From NCBI GenBank assembly GCA_035637355.1, contig DASPXJ010000062.1:7550-71549 (forward strand): DNA of 64,000 nt, written 5' to 3'. Positions within the stretch are counted from its first letter, which is position 1. Each line of letters begins with the position of its first letter. The notes under the pieces are model-generated. The model searched no databases. It saw nothing but the letters and a program-made list of their open reading frames with translations, and was not told the origin of the DNA. Source of the stretch: Gemmatimonadales bacterium. GTDB taxonomy: Bacteria; Gemmatimonadota; Gemmatimonadetes; Gemmatimonadales; GWC2-71-9. Both the position numbers and the translations under genes were made by a program. Shown one piece after another: positions 43,000 to 52,177 of this stretch.

Positions 43000-44052
43000 A
43001 TGGCCCTTTTTGGGTTATTCGGTGGCAAAAAAACCTCGGTCGGCCTGGATATCGGCTCCGGTATCATCAAGCTCGTGGTCATCGACCACGGGGGGAGCGA
43101 GCCCGAGCTGACCAAAGTCGCGACGACTGAAGTCGCCGCCGACGCCATCGTCGAGGGCGAAGTGATGGACCCCGGCCTCGTTTCGGAGGCCATTCGGGGT
43201 TTGTTCGAGGCCGCCGGCGTCAAGCGCAAATCGGTCGTCACGGCCGTCGGCGGCCGCGACGTGATCGTCAAGAAAATCCAGATGGATCGCATGAAAGAGG
43301 CGGACGCCCGCGAGGTGATCCGCTGGGAGGCCGAGCAGCACGTGCCCTTCGACATGGCGAACGTGGAGCTCGATTTCCAGATCCTCGATCCCGACGCCGA
43401 AGGCCTCCAGATGAACGTGCTGCTCGTCGCCGCCAAGCGGGAATTGGTGGAGAGCAGGGTGGGGCTGCTGGGCGAGGCGGGCCTCGATCCCTCGGTCATC
43501 GACGTCGATGCCTTCGCCATCCACAACGCCTTCGAGCTGAACCACCCCGATGCGATGCAGGGCGTCGTGGGCCTGGTCAACATCGGGCACGAAGTCACCA
43601 ACGTGAACATCCTCGAAGACGGAATCCCCGTGCTGACCCGCGATCTCTCGGTCGGCACGCGCCGCTTCCGCGAAGACCTGCAGCGGGAAAAAGGGCTCGC
43701 GAGTGAGGAAGCCGAGAAGGTCATCCAGGGCGCGTCGCAGCATGCCGATCTGGCCGGCTACGTCAGTGCCCGGGGGGAGGAAATCGCGGTCGGCGTCGAA
43801 CGCGCCGCGGCCTTCCTCGCCACAGCCTCGCGCTCGGCGGGCGGCTTGTCCCGCGTGTACACGACGGGCGGCGGCGCGCGCATTCCGGGGCTCAACGACG
43901 TGCTGGGTGCGCGTCTCAAGGTGGCGATCGAGCTGGCCAATCCCGTACAGCGCCTGCGCGTGCGGGATGACGTGTTCGAGACGGTGCCGGTGGACGAGGT
44001 CGCGCCGCTGCTGATGCTGGCGGTCGGCCTGGCGCTGAGGCGCGCCGCATGA
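43000..44052 (+). CDS. pilM: Type IV pilus assembly protein PilM (actin-like ATPase fold)
   Basis: VGLDIGSGIIKLVVI, DVDAFAI and GGGARIPGL motifs. It is followed by pilN with an ATGA overlap. Confidence 0.9.
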   Translation: MALFGLFGGKKTSVGLDIGSGIIKLVVIDHGGSEPELTKVATTEVAADAIVEGEVMDPGLVSEAIRGLFEAAGVKRKSVVTAVGGRDVIVKKIQMDRMKEADAREVIRWEAEQHVPFDMANVELDFQILDPDAEGLQMNVLLVAAKRELVESRVGLLGEAGLDPSVIDVDAFAIHNAFELNHPDAMQGVVGLVNIGHEVTNVNILEDGIPVLTRDLSVGTRRFREDLQREKGLASEEAEKVIQGASQHADLAGYVSARGEEIAVGVERAAAFLATASRSAGGLSRVYTTGGGARIPGLNDVLGARLKVAIELANPVQRLRVRDDVFETVPVDEVAPLLMLAVGLALRRAA

Positions 44053-44765
44053 TTGAGATAAACCTACTCCCAGGAAAGAAGAGGGTAGCGAAGGGCGCGG
44101 GAATGAAGCTCTCGCTGCCCGATTTCAGGGGGCTGATCGCGCAGGTCAAGGATCCATGGCTGATCACGGCGATCATCGCCTGGGTCATCGTGGGTGGTGG
44201 CGGTGCGGCGCTGTTCATCACCGAACGCGCCCGCCTGGCGGCCGCGGAAGCGCGGCTGGAGAACATCCGGACCGAGAAGCGCCGCTACGACATCGTGATC
44301 GCGCAGAAGCGCCAGGCCGAGAAGGTGCGCGACTCGCTGCTGTTCCAGATCAACGTCATCCGCGACATCGATGCGGACCGCTACATCTGGCCGCACGTCC
44401 TCGATCAGGCGACCAAGGCGCTGCCGCCGTACACGTGGATCACGCATATGCAGTCCGTGACGGCCATGGTCGCGCCGGGCGCGGGGCAGCAGGCGGCGAA
44501 TGGGCCGGTCACGGTGGAGGAGGACTCCGCCGGCGTCTCCTCGGTGCGCGTGTCGATTGACGGCCGCACGGTGGACATCCAGGCCTATACGACGTTCCTG
44601 CGGCAGCTCGCCGCGTCACCGTGGTTCACCGAGGTGACCCCGGCAAGCTCGCAGACCGTCATCGAGGCCGATCGCCCGGTGACGCAATTCAACGTCACGG
44701 TCCGCTACCGTATCGCGGACTCGGTCTATATCCGTACGGTCCCGCTGGTGCAGGCGGTGAGGTAG
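44049..44765 (+). CDS. pilN: PilN
   Basis: MIEINLLPGKK N-terminus, a single TM segment, a coiled coil, and operon position. Confidence 0.85.
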   Translation: MIEINLLPGKKRVAKGAGMKLSLPDFRGLIAQVKDPWLITAIIAWVIVGGGGAALFITERARLAAAEARLENIRTEKRRYDIVIAQKRQAEKVRDSLLFQINVIRDIDADRYIWPHVLDQATKALPPYTWITHMQSVTAMVAPGAGQQAANGPVTVEEDSAGVSSVRVSIDGRTVDIQAYTTFLRQLAASPWFTEVTPASSQTVIEADRPVTQFNVTVRYRIADSVYIRTVPLVQAVR

Positions 44766-44767
44766 CC

Positions 44768-45394
44768 ATGGCGCTCGGTTTACCGACCGATCAACGCGGC
44801 CAGATCATGGCGCTGCTCGCCCTCGTCGCGCTGGCAGGGGGCTACTTCTTCTGGACGCAGGTCCATAAGCCGACCATCGAGAAGATCGGCGCGGCGCGCA
44901 GCGAGGCCGACAGCCTCGAGCGCATCGTCGCCGCGGCCAAGGCCGATCTCGCGAGCGGCAGCATCGAGGACCTGCGCCGCCGGGTGGAGGAGTATCAGGG
45001 CTCGCTCGAGCTGATGCGCCGCCTCGTGCCGGACCGCAACGAAGTCCCGACGCTGATCGACGACATGTCGACCAAGGCGAAAGTCCGCGGCGTGACGCTC
45101 GGCAAGATCCAGCCGCTCGCCCCGGAGCCGGGCAGTCCGTTCGACACCTATCGCTACCGGCTCGAGGTCTACGGCCACTACGATCAGATCGGCGAGTATC
45201 TCGCCGACATCGCGTCGCTGCCGCGCATCATCGTGCCGCAGGACGTGATCCTGTCGGGCGCGTCGCCCGCCGCTCAGAAGCTGCTGGCGGATACCGCGGG
45301 GGCGCTGCTGCTCGCCGAGTTTTCGATCCGCACGTTCGTGAAGTCGGCCGGGCCGCCCACAGCGAAGGCGGGAGCCGCGCGTGCGCGCAGCTAG
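44768..45394 (+). CDS. pilO: PilO
   Basis: N-terminal TM (IMALLALVALAGGYFFW), a coiled coil, the C-terminal YRYRLEVYGHYDQIGEYLADIASLPRIIV motif, and operon position. Confidence 0.75.
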   Translation: MALGLPTDQRGQIMALLALVALAGGYFFWTQVHKPTIEKIGAARSEADSLERIVAAAKADLASGSIEDLRRRVEEYQGSLELMRRLVPDRNEVPTLIDDMSTKAKVRGVTLGKIQPLAPEPGSPFDTYRYRLEVYGHYDQIGEYLADIASLPRIIVPQDVILSGASPAAQKLLADTAGALLLAEFSIRTFVKSAGPPTAKAGAARARS

Positions 45395-45815
45395 GCCTGG
45401 GCTGGCAGCGATCACGCTGCTGCTCGCCGCGTTCGCGCCGGCGCTCGTCGCGCAACAGCCGGTCGCGGAGCGCGACACGGCGGCGCCGCCGGCGACGCTG
45501 CTGCGCGAAGTCTTCGCCTACGAAGGCGGCGGGCGCGATCCGTTCATGTCGCTGCTCAAGTCGGGCGACGTGCGGCCGCTGATCTCCGACTTGAAGCTGA
45601 CGACGATCGTGTACGACGGACGGTTCGCGGCGCGCAGCGTCGCGATCCTGCGGGACATCACCAACCGGCGCATCTATCGGGTGAAAACGGGCGACATCGT
45701 CGGGCGTTTGAAGGTCACGCAGATCCGGCCCCGCGAAGTCGTATTCACCGTGCAGGAATTCGGGTTCGAGCGGCAGGAGACGTTGTCGCTCGCCAAGCAG
45801 GAGGAGACGCCATGA
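45381..45815 (+). CDS. pilP: PilP-like protein
   Basis: Signal peptide ...APALVA|QQ. Small beta-rich C-terminus (YRVKTGDIVGRLKVTQIRPREVVF). Located between pilO and pilQ with overlaps on both sides. Confidence 0.6.
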   Translation: MRAARPGLAAITLLLAAFAPALVAQQPVAERDTAAPPATLLREVFAYEGGGRDPFMSLLKSGDVRPLISDLKLTTIVYDGRFAARSVAILRDITNRRIYRVKTGDIVGRLKVTQIRPREVVFTVQEFGFERQETLSLAKQEETP

Positions 45816-47719
45816 AGCGCATTCTTCCCTTCGCGGCGCTGCTTGCCGTCGTCGTTCCCCGGGCCCTTGCGGGGACGCCGATGGCGAGTGGCAGCCGGGA
45901 CGGCGAGGTCCGCGGAGTCAGCGTGCTGCCGGCCACCGGCAAGGTCGAGATCGTCATCGACCTGCAGGGGGCGGCGGAGATTCAGGACTTCACCCTCGCG
46001 AACCCCGCACGGCTCGTCATCGATCTGCACGGCGTCCGGCTTACCGCGCCGGCCACGCTGTACGACGGCCAGAACCGCGGCGGCGTCCGCAACGTGCGCT
46101 ACGCGCAGTTCAAACCGGACATCGTGCGCGTGGTGATCGATCTCGACGCACTGAAGGATTACCAGGTCGAGCGCGCTGCCGGGCAGGTGCGGGTGCGCAT
46201 CGGCACCGAGCGTACCGGCTTCGCAGCCTGGTCCAGCAGCACCGTCACTCGCGGGGTTTCGGGGGCCGTGGCTAGTGCGCCTACGCGCGCACCGATCGTT
46301 ACCGGTGGTCCTGAGCAAGCCGCGCGCGTCACCACGCCGACGCTCGGCCGGTCGATGTCGATCGACGAGTACCTCGCGGCGCACCGCGCCGACGCGCTGC
46401 AGTCGCAGGCGCCGCGGATCACGGTACAGTGGGACAACGCCAGCATCGAGGACGTGGTCGCCGGCTTCGCGGCCTTCAGCGGGCGGACGATCATCCTGAG
46501 CAAGGACATCAAGGGGACCGTCACGGCCGAGATCAAGAATCAGCCGTGGGATCTCGCGCTGAATGCGGTGCTCGAGTCGCAGGGCCTCGCGGTCCAGACA
46601 TTGCCCGGCGCCATCCTCAACGTCGTCAGCAAGCTCGAGATGGCGCGCGCCGACTCGACCGTGCCGATCACGACCCGGCTGGTGCGCATCAATTACGCGA
46701 AGGCCACGTCGCTCGTCCCGTCGGTGGCGTCGATACTCACGAAGCGGGGTGCCGCGGTCGCCGATTCGACGAGCAACTCGCTCGTGATCACCGAGGTGAG
46801 CTCGCGGATCGACGAGGTCGTGGAGTTCGTGAAGGGGCTCGACCTGCGCACGCCGCAGGTCTCGATCCAGGCGAAGATCATCTTCGTCGACCGCGCCGAC
46901 ATCGAAGAGCTGGGCGTCAAATACGACCTCGGCTCGACGACGCAGTTCTTCAACAAGCTCATTCAGCGCCCCGATCCGCGCACCGCCCAGCCGGTCGATA
47001 CCGATCTGGACGGCGTGCCCGACGCGCTCGTGCCGACGGAGAACTTCCCGTCGACCGAGAACATCGTGTCGCTGGGCGGGAACTCGCTGTCGGCACTCGG
47101 CAACGCGAGCCAGGCCGTGGTAGACCCGGCGCTCGATCTCATCTTCTCGACGGCGATCGGCAACTTCGATCTCACGGCGTTCGTGCAGGCGCTGCAGCGG
47201 GTCGAGCTCGCGGATATTCAGGCTGAGCCGACGATCACGACGCTCGACAACCGCCAGGCGGAAATCCTCGTCGGCGACCGTGTCCCAATCCGCGTGATCG
47301 ATGTGAGCGCCGTGGGAGGCGCGGCCGGCGGCACGAACGTCCCGCGCGCGACGGTGCAGTTCCAGCAGACCGGTATCAACCTGCGCGTCACACCGCACGT
47401 GACGGCGAATCGCCAGATCCTGATGGAAGTGCACGCCGAACGCTCCAACATCCGGCCCGCCGCCGTGGACATCGGATTCACGTTCCAGACGCAGCAGGCG
47501 GACAACCAAATCCTGGTCAGTGACGGGGAAACGGCCGTAATTGGCGGCCTGACTGTGACGGAAGTCCTAGTCACCAAGTCGGGAATCCCCTTCCTTGTAG
47601 ATCTGCCGATCCTGGGCAAGCTGTTCGGCTTTACGTCACAACAGGAGAATCGGCGCGATCTGCTCATTCTGATCACGCCCCACATCATCGACGATCTGGT
47701 CGCGCCCACCGGGCAGTAA
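45812..47719 (+). CDS. pilQ: PilQ secretin with N-terminal AMIN domain
   Basis: AMIN (VEIVIDLQG...FTLANPARLVIDLHGV). Secretin C-terminus (GGLTVTEVLVTKSGIPFLVDLPILGKLFG...LLILITPHII). Confidence 0.9.
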   Translation: MKRILPFAALLAVVVPRALAGTPMASGSRDGEVRGVSVLPATGKVEIVIDLQGAAEIQDFTLANPARLVIDLHGVRLTAPATLYDGQNRGGVRNVRYAQFKPDIVRVVIDLDALKDYQVERAAGQVRVRIGTERTGFAAWSSSTVTRGVSGAVASAPTRAPIVTGGPEQAARVTTPTLGRSMSIDEYLAAHRADALQSQAPRITVQWDNASIEDVVAGFAAFSGRTIILSKDIKGTVTAEIKNQPWDLALNAVLESQGLAVQTLPGAILNVVSKLEMARADSTVPITTRLVRINYAKATSLVPSVASILTKRGAAVADSTSNSLVITEVSSRIDEVVEFVKGLDLRTPQVSIQAKIIFVDRADIEELGVKYDLGSTTQFFNKLIQRPDPRTAQPVDTDLDGVPDALVPTENFPSTENIVSLGGNSLSALGNASQAVVDPALDLIFSTAIGNFDLTAFVQALQRVELADIQAEPTITTLDNRQAEILVGDRVPIRVIDVSAVGGAAGGTNVPRATVQFQQTGINLRVTPHVTANRQILMEVHAERSNIRPAAVDIGFTFQTQQADNQILVSDGETAVIGGLTVTEVLVTKSGIPFLVDLPILGKLFGFTSQQENRRDLLILITPHIIDDLVAPTGQ

Positions 47720-47758
47720 GCCCGGGCGACGCGGGCCCACAGGCTGGGAGAGGTTGCT

Positions 47759-50347
47759 ATGCGGCTGGTCACGCGCAGTACCGCATTCTGGGGCATCAGC
47801 GCACTCGCGCTCGCCGTGTGGGCGTGCGAGACGTCGCGCAACCTGAACGGCGTTCAGCCCGACCGGACGGCGCCGGTCATCTCGCTCACGAACACCGCCG
47901 GTGACACGCAGGACATCAGCGGCGGGCTGCGCTTCAGCGTCTCGGCCCTCGACAATCTCGGGCTCAAGAACATCGATCTGACGTTCAGCGGCGGCCTCAT
48001 CGCCACGCTCGATACGACATTCACGTCGACCGTGAAGACCTACGCCGTCTCCCATACGCTCACCTTCGGGGCGGGCTCGGGTGCGGGCGGCAACATCATG
48101 ATCATCGGCCGCGCGACCGACGGCGCCGGGAACTTCGCGGAAGACACGATCTTCATCTTTCTGTCGAACGTGCAGGCGCTGCGGGTGCGGCTGGTGCTGC
48201 CGTCGCCCGGAGCGCTCGCGTCCACCGGCAAAGGCATTCCCGTCGACGTCATCGCCGTGCAGACCGGCGGCATCGCGAAGATCGGCTTCCTGGTGTCGCC
48301 CGCCACGAGCGTGACCAATCCCACGACGCCGCCCAACGACTCCATGGTGTTCGCGCCGCCGTTGGCGGACTCGGTCGAGTATCAGGATACGCTGGTCGTC
48401 GTGCCATCGAGCGGAACCTTCAACATCGTGGGATTCGCCGAGGATTCGGCGGGGCGGCGCGGCTTCAGCAGCGTCGTCACCGTGACGATTCAGTCGGTCG
48501 CGACCGACAACACGCCGCCGATCGTCGCCCACCGGGTCGCGTCCCGCGTGGAAGTAGACGATACCGTGCACGTGCGCGCCCAGGACCCCAGCGCGATATG
48601 GTGGATCGGCTTCGAGGTGGACACGAACGGCGTGCTCATGAAGTTCGACACCGTGGACGTCTCTGCGGGTAACCTCAGCGATGTCACGCGTCATTTCTCG
48701 CTGGGCTTGCAAGGGCTCCAGCCGCTGCCGCGCTTCATCTCCGTGAAGGGCTATGCGTGCGATTTGGCGCTGGCACGGAACTGCTCCTTCACCAACAGCA
48801 CGACGCTGATTCCGAGCGCGCCGCTGCGCAGCAAGGGCATTACCTCTTCGTATCAGCCGCAGCTCTCACCGCAGGGGCTGATCGACACCATCGTCGTCGT
48901 GGCGGGCATCACGCGCCCGCTGCCGTTCGGCGGCCGCATCGCCGACGCGATCTTCAACGGCAACGACTCGAGCCTCTATCTCACGAACCCGACGCTCAGC
49001 CGCGTCGAGATCTTCCAGGTGGCGAACACGTCGTTCGTGAACGCGGGTATCCCGACCAGCGGCCCCGTGCCGTGGGGCATCGCGCTGTGGCCGCGCGATA
49101 CGCTCGGCAACTACGGCGATACGATTGTCGTCGCGAACTCGGGCGGCTTGGAGCTGTCGATCATCGACGTGCGCGCCGGCGTCCGCCGGCTCGTGTGGCG
49201 GCAGGATCTGCCGGACTACCTGGTCGAGACCTACAGAGTGCTGGTCGCGCCACTGCGCGAGGAGATCATCCTGTACGACCTGTCGGACCGGCCGCAGTAC
49301 GTGGGCACCGTCTGCCGCGTGACCAGCGGAACACCGAACTGCGCCTCGGACTCGATCTTCGCGATTTACTCGACGACACCGACGATCAGCCAACCGGCGC
49401 CGTTCGCCGGCAAGGCGACGGTGCGGATGGAGAAGTTGATCAACACGAGCGATACGGCGCAGCTCTTCGGTCATTTGTTCTGGGAGCTGGCGGGCGACAG
49501 TACTCTCGTGGATGACGGCCGCGATACGCTGCGCATCGCGATCCGGCGCGGCCGGCCCTACAACCAGCAGAAAGTCATTCTGACCGCATGCGCCGGCGTT
49601 ACCATCGATCTCGCCTCCTTCGGACTCGGCGATTCCACCTACGTACGCAACTCGGGCAACTTCACGCACGGGATCATCGGTGAAGGCGGGAATGTCTCGA
49701 GCCAGTTCGCCCGGGTGATCGGGTATACGACCAAGGCGGACCTGATCCACGATAATCCGATGCCCGCTCCGTGCATCACCGGTGGTTCCATTCTCAGTGG
49801 TGTCTTCACGTCCGACTCCGGTGAAAACCACCTCGACCAGGGCATGACGCCCGCGGTCGACGTGAGCGACTTCATCAGCAACACCGGCGCCACTCTCCAC
49901 TCGATCGCGACGAACTTCAACGGCGGCACCAACCTGGTCCGCGCCGACTCGATCTACTTCCTCGACGAGGGGATGAAGGTCAAAGGCACGGCCCCCGCGC
50001 CGCTCGGGGCGTTCGGGATGGACATGAACTACAACCACAACTTCCTGGCCGGCTCGCCGGGCACGCCGACGTTCGGCGGTACCGGCAACCCCAACGACCG
50101 CATCGCGTTCTCGGCCCGGGCCGACGGCAACATTGACGTGTGGGATACCTTCTTCTTTAATCAGATCGGGACGATCGTCGTGCGCGATCCGGTCACCGGC
50201 CCGCTGCGCGTCGCGCGCAATCTCGCCAACACGCGGCAATGGTTGTTCGGCGTGACGCCCGCCGGCGTCGTGATGATCGAGCTGCCGGTGGTGACGAACC
50301 CGAATCCGTCGAAGCCGATGTGGGGGCCGCCGATTCCGAACAAGTAA
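47759..50347 (+). CDS. Large lipoprotein with three Ig-like modules and a repeat-rich C-terminal half (possibly beta-propeller); function unknown
   Basis: Lipobox LAVWAC. Repeated module starts DRTAPVISL and DNTPPIVAH. Later motifs LYLTNPTLSRVEIFQV and IVVANSGGLELSIIDV are reminiscent of YVTN/NHL-type blades. G/C-rich third positions. Confidence 0.55.
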   Translation: MRLVTRSTAFWGISALALAVWACETSRNLNGVQPDRTAPVISLTNTAGDTQDISGGLRFSVSALDNLGLKNIDLTFSGGLIATLDTTFTSTVKTYAVSHTLTFGAGSGAGGNIMIIGRATDGAGNFAEDTIFIFLSNVQALRVRLVLPSPGALASTGKGIPVDVIAVQTGGIAKIGFLVSPATSVTNPTTPPNDSMVFAPPLADSVEYQDTLVVVPSSGTFNIVGFAEDSAGRRGFSSVVTVTIQSVATDNTPPIVAHRVASRVEVDDTVHVRAQDPSAIWWIGFEVDTNGVLMKFDTVDVSAGNLSDVTRHFSLGLQGLQPLPRFISVKGYACDLALARNCSFTNSTTLIPSAPLRSKGITSSYQPQLSPQGLIDTIVVVAGITRPLPFGGRIADAIFNGNDSSLYLTNPTLSRVEIFQVANTSFVNAGIPTSGPVPWGIALWPRDTLGNYGDTIVVANSGGLELSIIDVRAGVRRLVWRQDLPDYLVETYRVLVAPLREEIILYDLSDRPQYVGTVCRVTSGTPNCASDSIFAIYSTTPTISQPAPFAGKATVRMEKLINTSDTAQLFGHLFWELAGDSTLVDDGRDTLRIAIRRGRPYNQQKVILTACAGVTIDLASFGLGDSTYVRNSGNFTHGIIGEGGNVSSQFARVIGYTTKADLIHDNPMPAPCITGGSILSGVFTSDSGENHLDQGMTPAVDVSDFISNTGATLHSIATNFNGGTNLVRADSIYFLDEGMKVKGTAPAPLGAFGMDMNYNHNFLAGSPGTPTFGGTGNPNDRIAFSARADGNIDVWDTFFFNQIGTIVVRDPVTGPLRVARNLANTRQWLFGVTPAGVVMIELPVVTNPNPSKPMWGPPIPNK

Positions 50348-50394
50348 GCCGGCGCCTCCGGGAGGGGTGGGGGGGACCCGAGTGCTGCATGCGC

Positions 50395-50416
50395 GAGCCC
50401 GACACCCGTCGGGCTC
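50395..50416 (+). terminator. Hairpin after the lipoprotein gene
   Basis: GAGCCCGAC-ACCC-GTCGGGCTC is a perfect 9-bp stem. The downstream GGCTGTTATA is only weakly T-rich. Confidence 0.35.
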
Positions 50417-50433
50417 GGCTGTTATAGGGAGGG

Positions 50434-51624
50434 ATGAACGTGACATTCCGGTTCACGACGGCAGGCGAATCGCACGGCCGCGGCCTGGTGGGGATCCTCG
50501 AAGGCATCCCCGCCGGCCTCCCCGTGTCCGCTGCCGACGTGGACGTGGAGCTGAAGCGCCGCATGGGCGGCTACGGCCGCGGCGCGCGCATGAAGATCGA
50601 ATCGGACCACATCGAGTGGCTGTCCGGCGTCCGCGCCGGCGAGACGCTCGGCTCCCCGATCGCGATGCTGATCTGGAACCGCGATTGGGAGCACTGGCAG
50701 GACGTCATGGCGCCCGAAGCGGACGCCACTCCCGACCCGTTAGGCCGCCGGCGGCAGGTGACGCGGCCGCGGCCCGGCCATGCGGATCTCGCCGGATCGC
50801 TGAAATACGATCGTGCGGATGCGCGCGACATCCTCGAACGGGCGAGCGCACGGGAGACCGTCGCGCGCGTTGCCTGCGGCGCCGTGTGCAAAATCCTGTT
50901 GCGCCAATTCGGGATGGAAATCGGATCGCACGTCGCCGAACTGGGGGGCGTCGTCGCGCATCCCGCATCCCCCATCCCGCATCCCGTCAACGACGTCGCC
51001 GACCAAAGTCCCGTTCGGTGTCTGGACAAGGACGCCGAGGCGGAGATGATCCGTCGCATCGATGCCGCGAAGGCCGCCGGCGACACGCTGGGCGGCATCG
51101 TCGAAGTCGTGGCGCTGGGCATGCCGGTGGGGCTGGGGTCGCACGTCTCGTGGGACCGGAAGCTCGATGGCCGCCTCGCGCAGGCGCTGATGTCCATTCC
51201 GGCGGTGAAAGGCGTGGAGCTCGGCCTGGGATTCGAAGCCGCGCGGCGCAAGGGATCGGAAGTGCACGATGAGATCCTGCCGGGCTTCGCGCGCGCGACG
51301 AACCGCGCGGGCGGGACGGAGGGGGGAATGACGACGGGGGAGCCGCTCGTGCTCCGCGTCGCCATGAAGCCGATCTCGACGTTGATGTCGCCGCTCAAAA
51401 CCGTGGACTTGAAGACCGGCGGGCCGGCCCAGGCGCAATCGGAGCGTTCGGACGTGACGGCCGTCCCCGCGATGGGTGTCATTGCCGAAGCGATGGTGGC
51501 GATCGTCCTGACGGAGGCGCTGCTGGAGAAATTCGGCGGCGACGCACTGAGCGAGCTGAAGCGCAACGTGGATGGCTATCTCGCGCAGGTGCGCGCGCGC
51601 ACGCCCAAAGGAGCGGCGTCGTGA
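50434..51624 (+). CDS. aroC: Chorismate synthase
   Basis: FRFTTAGESHGRGLVGILEGIPAG, RPGHADL and GGMTTGEPL motifs. RBS AGGGAGGG. Confidence 0.9.
   Translation: MNVTFRFTTAGESHGRGLVGILEGIPAGLPVSAADVDVELKRRMGGYGRGARMKIESDHIEWLSGVRAGETLGSPIAMLIWNRDWEHWQDVMAPEADATPDPLGRRRQVTRPRPGHADLAGSLKYDRADARDILERASARETVARVACGAVCKILLRQFGMEIGSHVAELGGVVAHPASPIPHPVNDVADQSPVRCLDKDAEAEMIRRIDAAKAAGDTLGGIVEVVALGMPVGLGSHVSWDRKLDGRLAQALMSIPAVKGVELGLGFEAARRKGSEVHDEILPGFARATNRAGGTEGGMTTGEPLVLRVAMKPISTLMSPLKTVDLKTGGPAQAQSERSDVTAVPAMGVIAEAMVAIVLTEALLEKFGGDALSELKRNVDGYLAQVRARTPKGAAS
50958..50986. repeat. Heptamer x4 array (GCATCCC) inside aroC
   Basis: GCATCCC GCATCCC CCATCCC GCATCCC, translated as AHPASPIPHPV. It sits in the variable segment just before the conserved SPVRC motif. 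Confidence 0.85.
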
Positions 51625-52139
51625 AAAAACACGTCGTGCTCATCGGCCTGCCGGGCGCCGGAAAGACCACCGTGGGCCGCATGGTGGCCGAGCGACTGCA
51701 CGCCGGATTCGTGGACATCGACACGATCCTGATCCGGAAGGAAGGCAAACCGATCGCGATGATCTTCGCCGAAAAGGGCGAGTCCGCGTTTCGCGACATG
51801 GAGCGGAAGGAAGTAGAGACCGCGCTCAGCAATCAGCCCGCGGTGGTTGTTCCCGGCGGCGGCTGGGCCGCGCAGCCGGGCGCGCTCGACGCCGCGAAAC
51901 CGCGCGGGTACTTCGTGTATCTGAAGGCGCGCGCGGAGGTCGCTGCCGGCCGCGCCGTGCCGTCGGGAACCCGGCCGGTGTTAATGGGTGGAGATCCCGC
52001 AGCACAGATGCGCGAGCTCTTCAAGACGCGCGACCCGTTCTACGCCAAGGCGGACGCCACGGTGCAAACTGAGGCTAAGCCTGCGGAAAAAGTGGCCGAT
52101 GAGGTCGTCCGGCTTGCGCAGACGAGTGCCGGATGGTAA
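51621..52139 (+). CDS. aroK: Shikimate kinase
   Basis: VVLIGLPGAGKTTVGR Walker A, FVDIDTIL, and ESAFRDMERKEV. GTGA overlap with aroC. Confidence 0.9.
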   Translation: MKKHVVLIGLPGAGKTTVGRMVAERLHAGFVDIDTILIRKEGKPIAMIFAEKGESAFRDMERKEVETALSNQPAVVVPGGGWAAQPGALDAAKPRGYFVYLKARAEVAAGRAVPSGTRPVLMGGDPAAQMRELFKTRDPFYAKADATVQTEAKPAEKVADEVVRLAQTSAGW

Positions 52140-52177
52140 AGATGCGAACCCCATTACGGTTGAACTGAGGTTGATAG

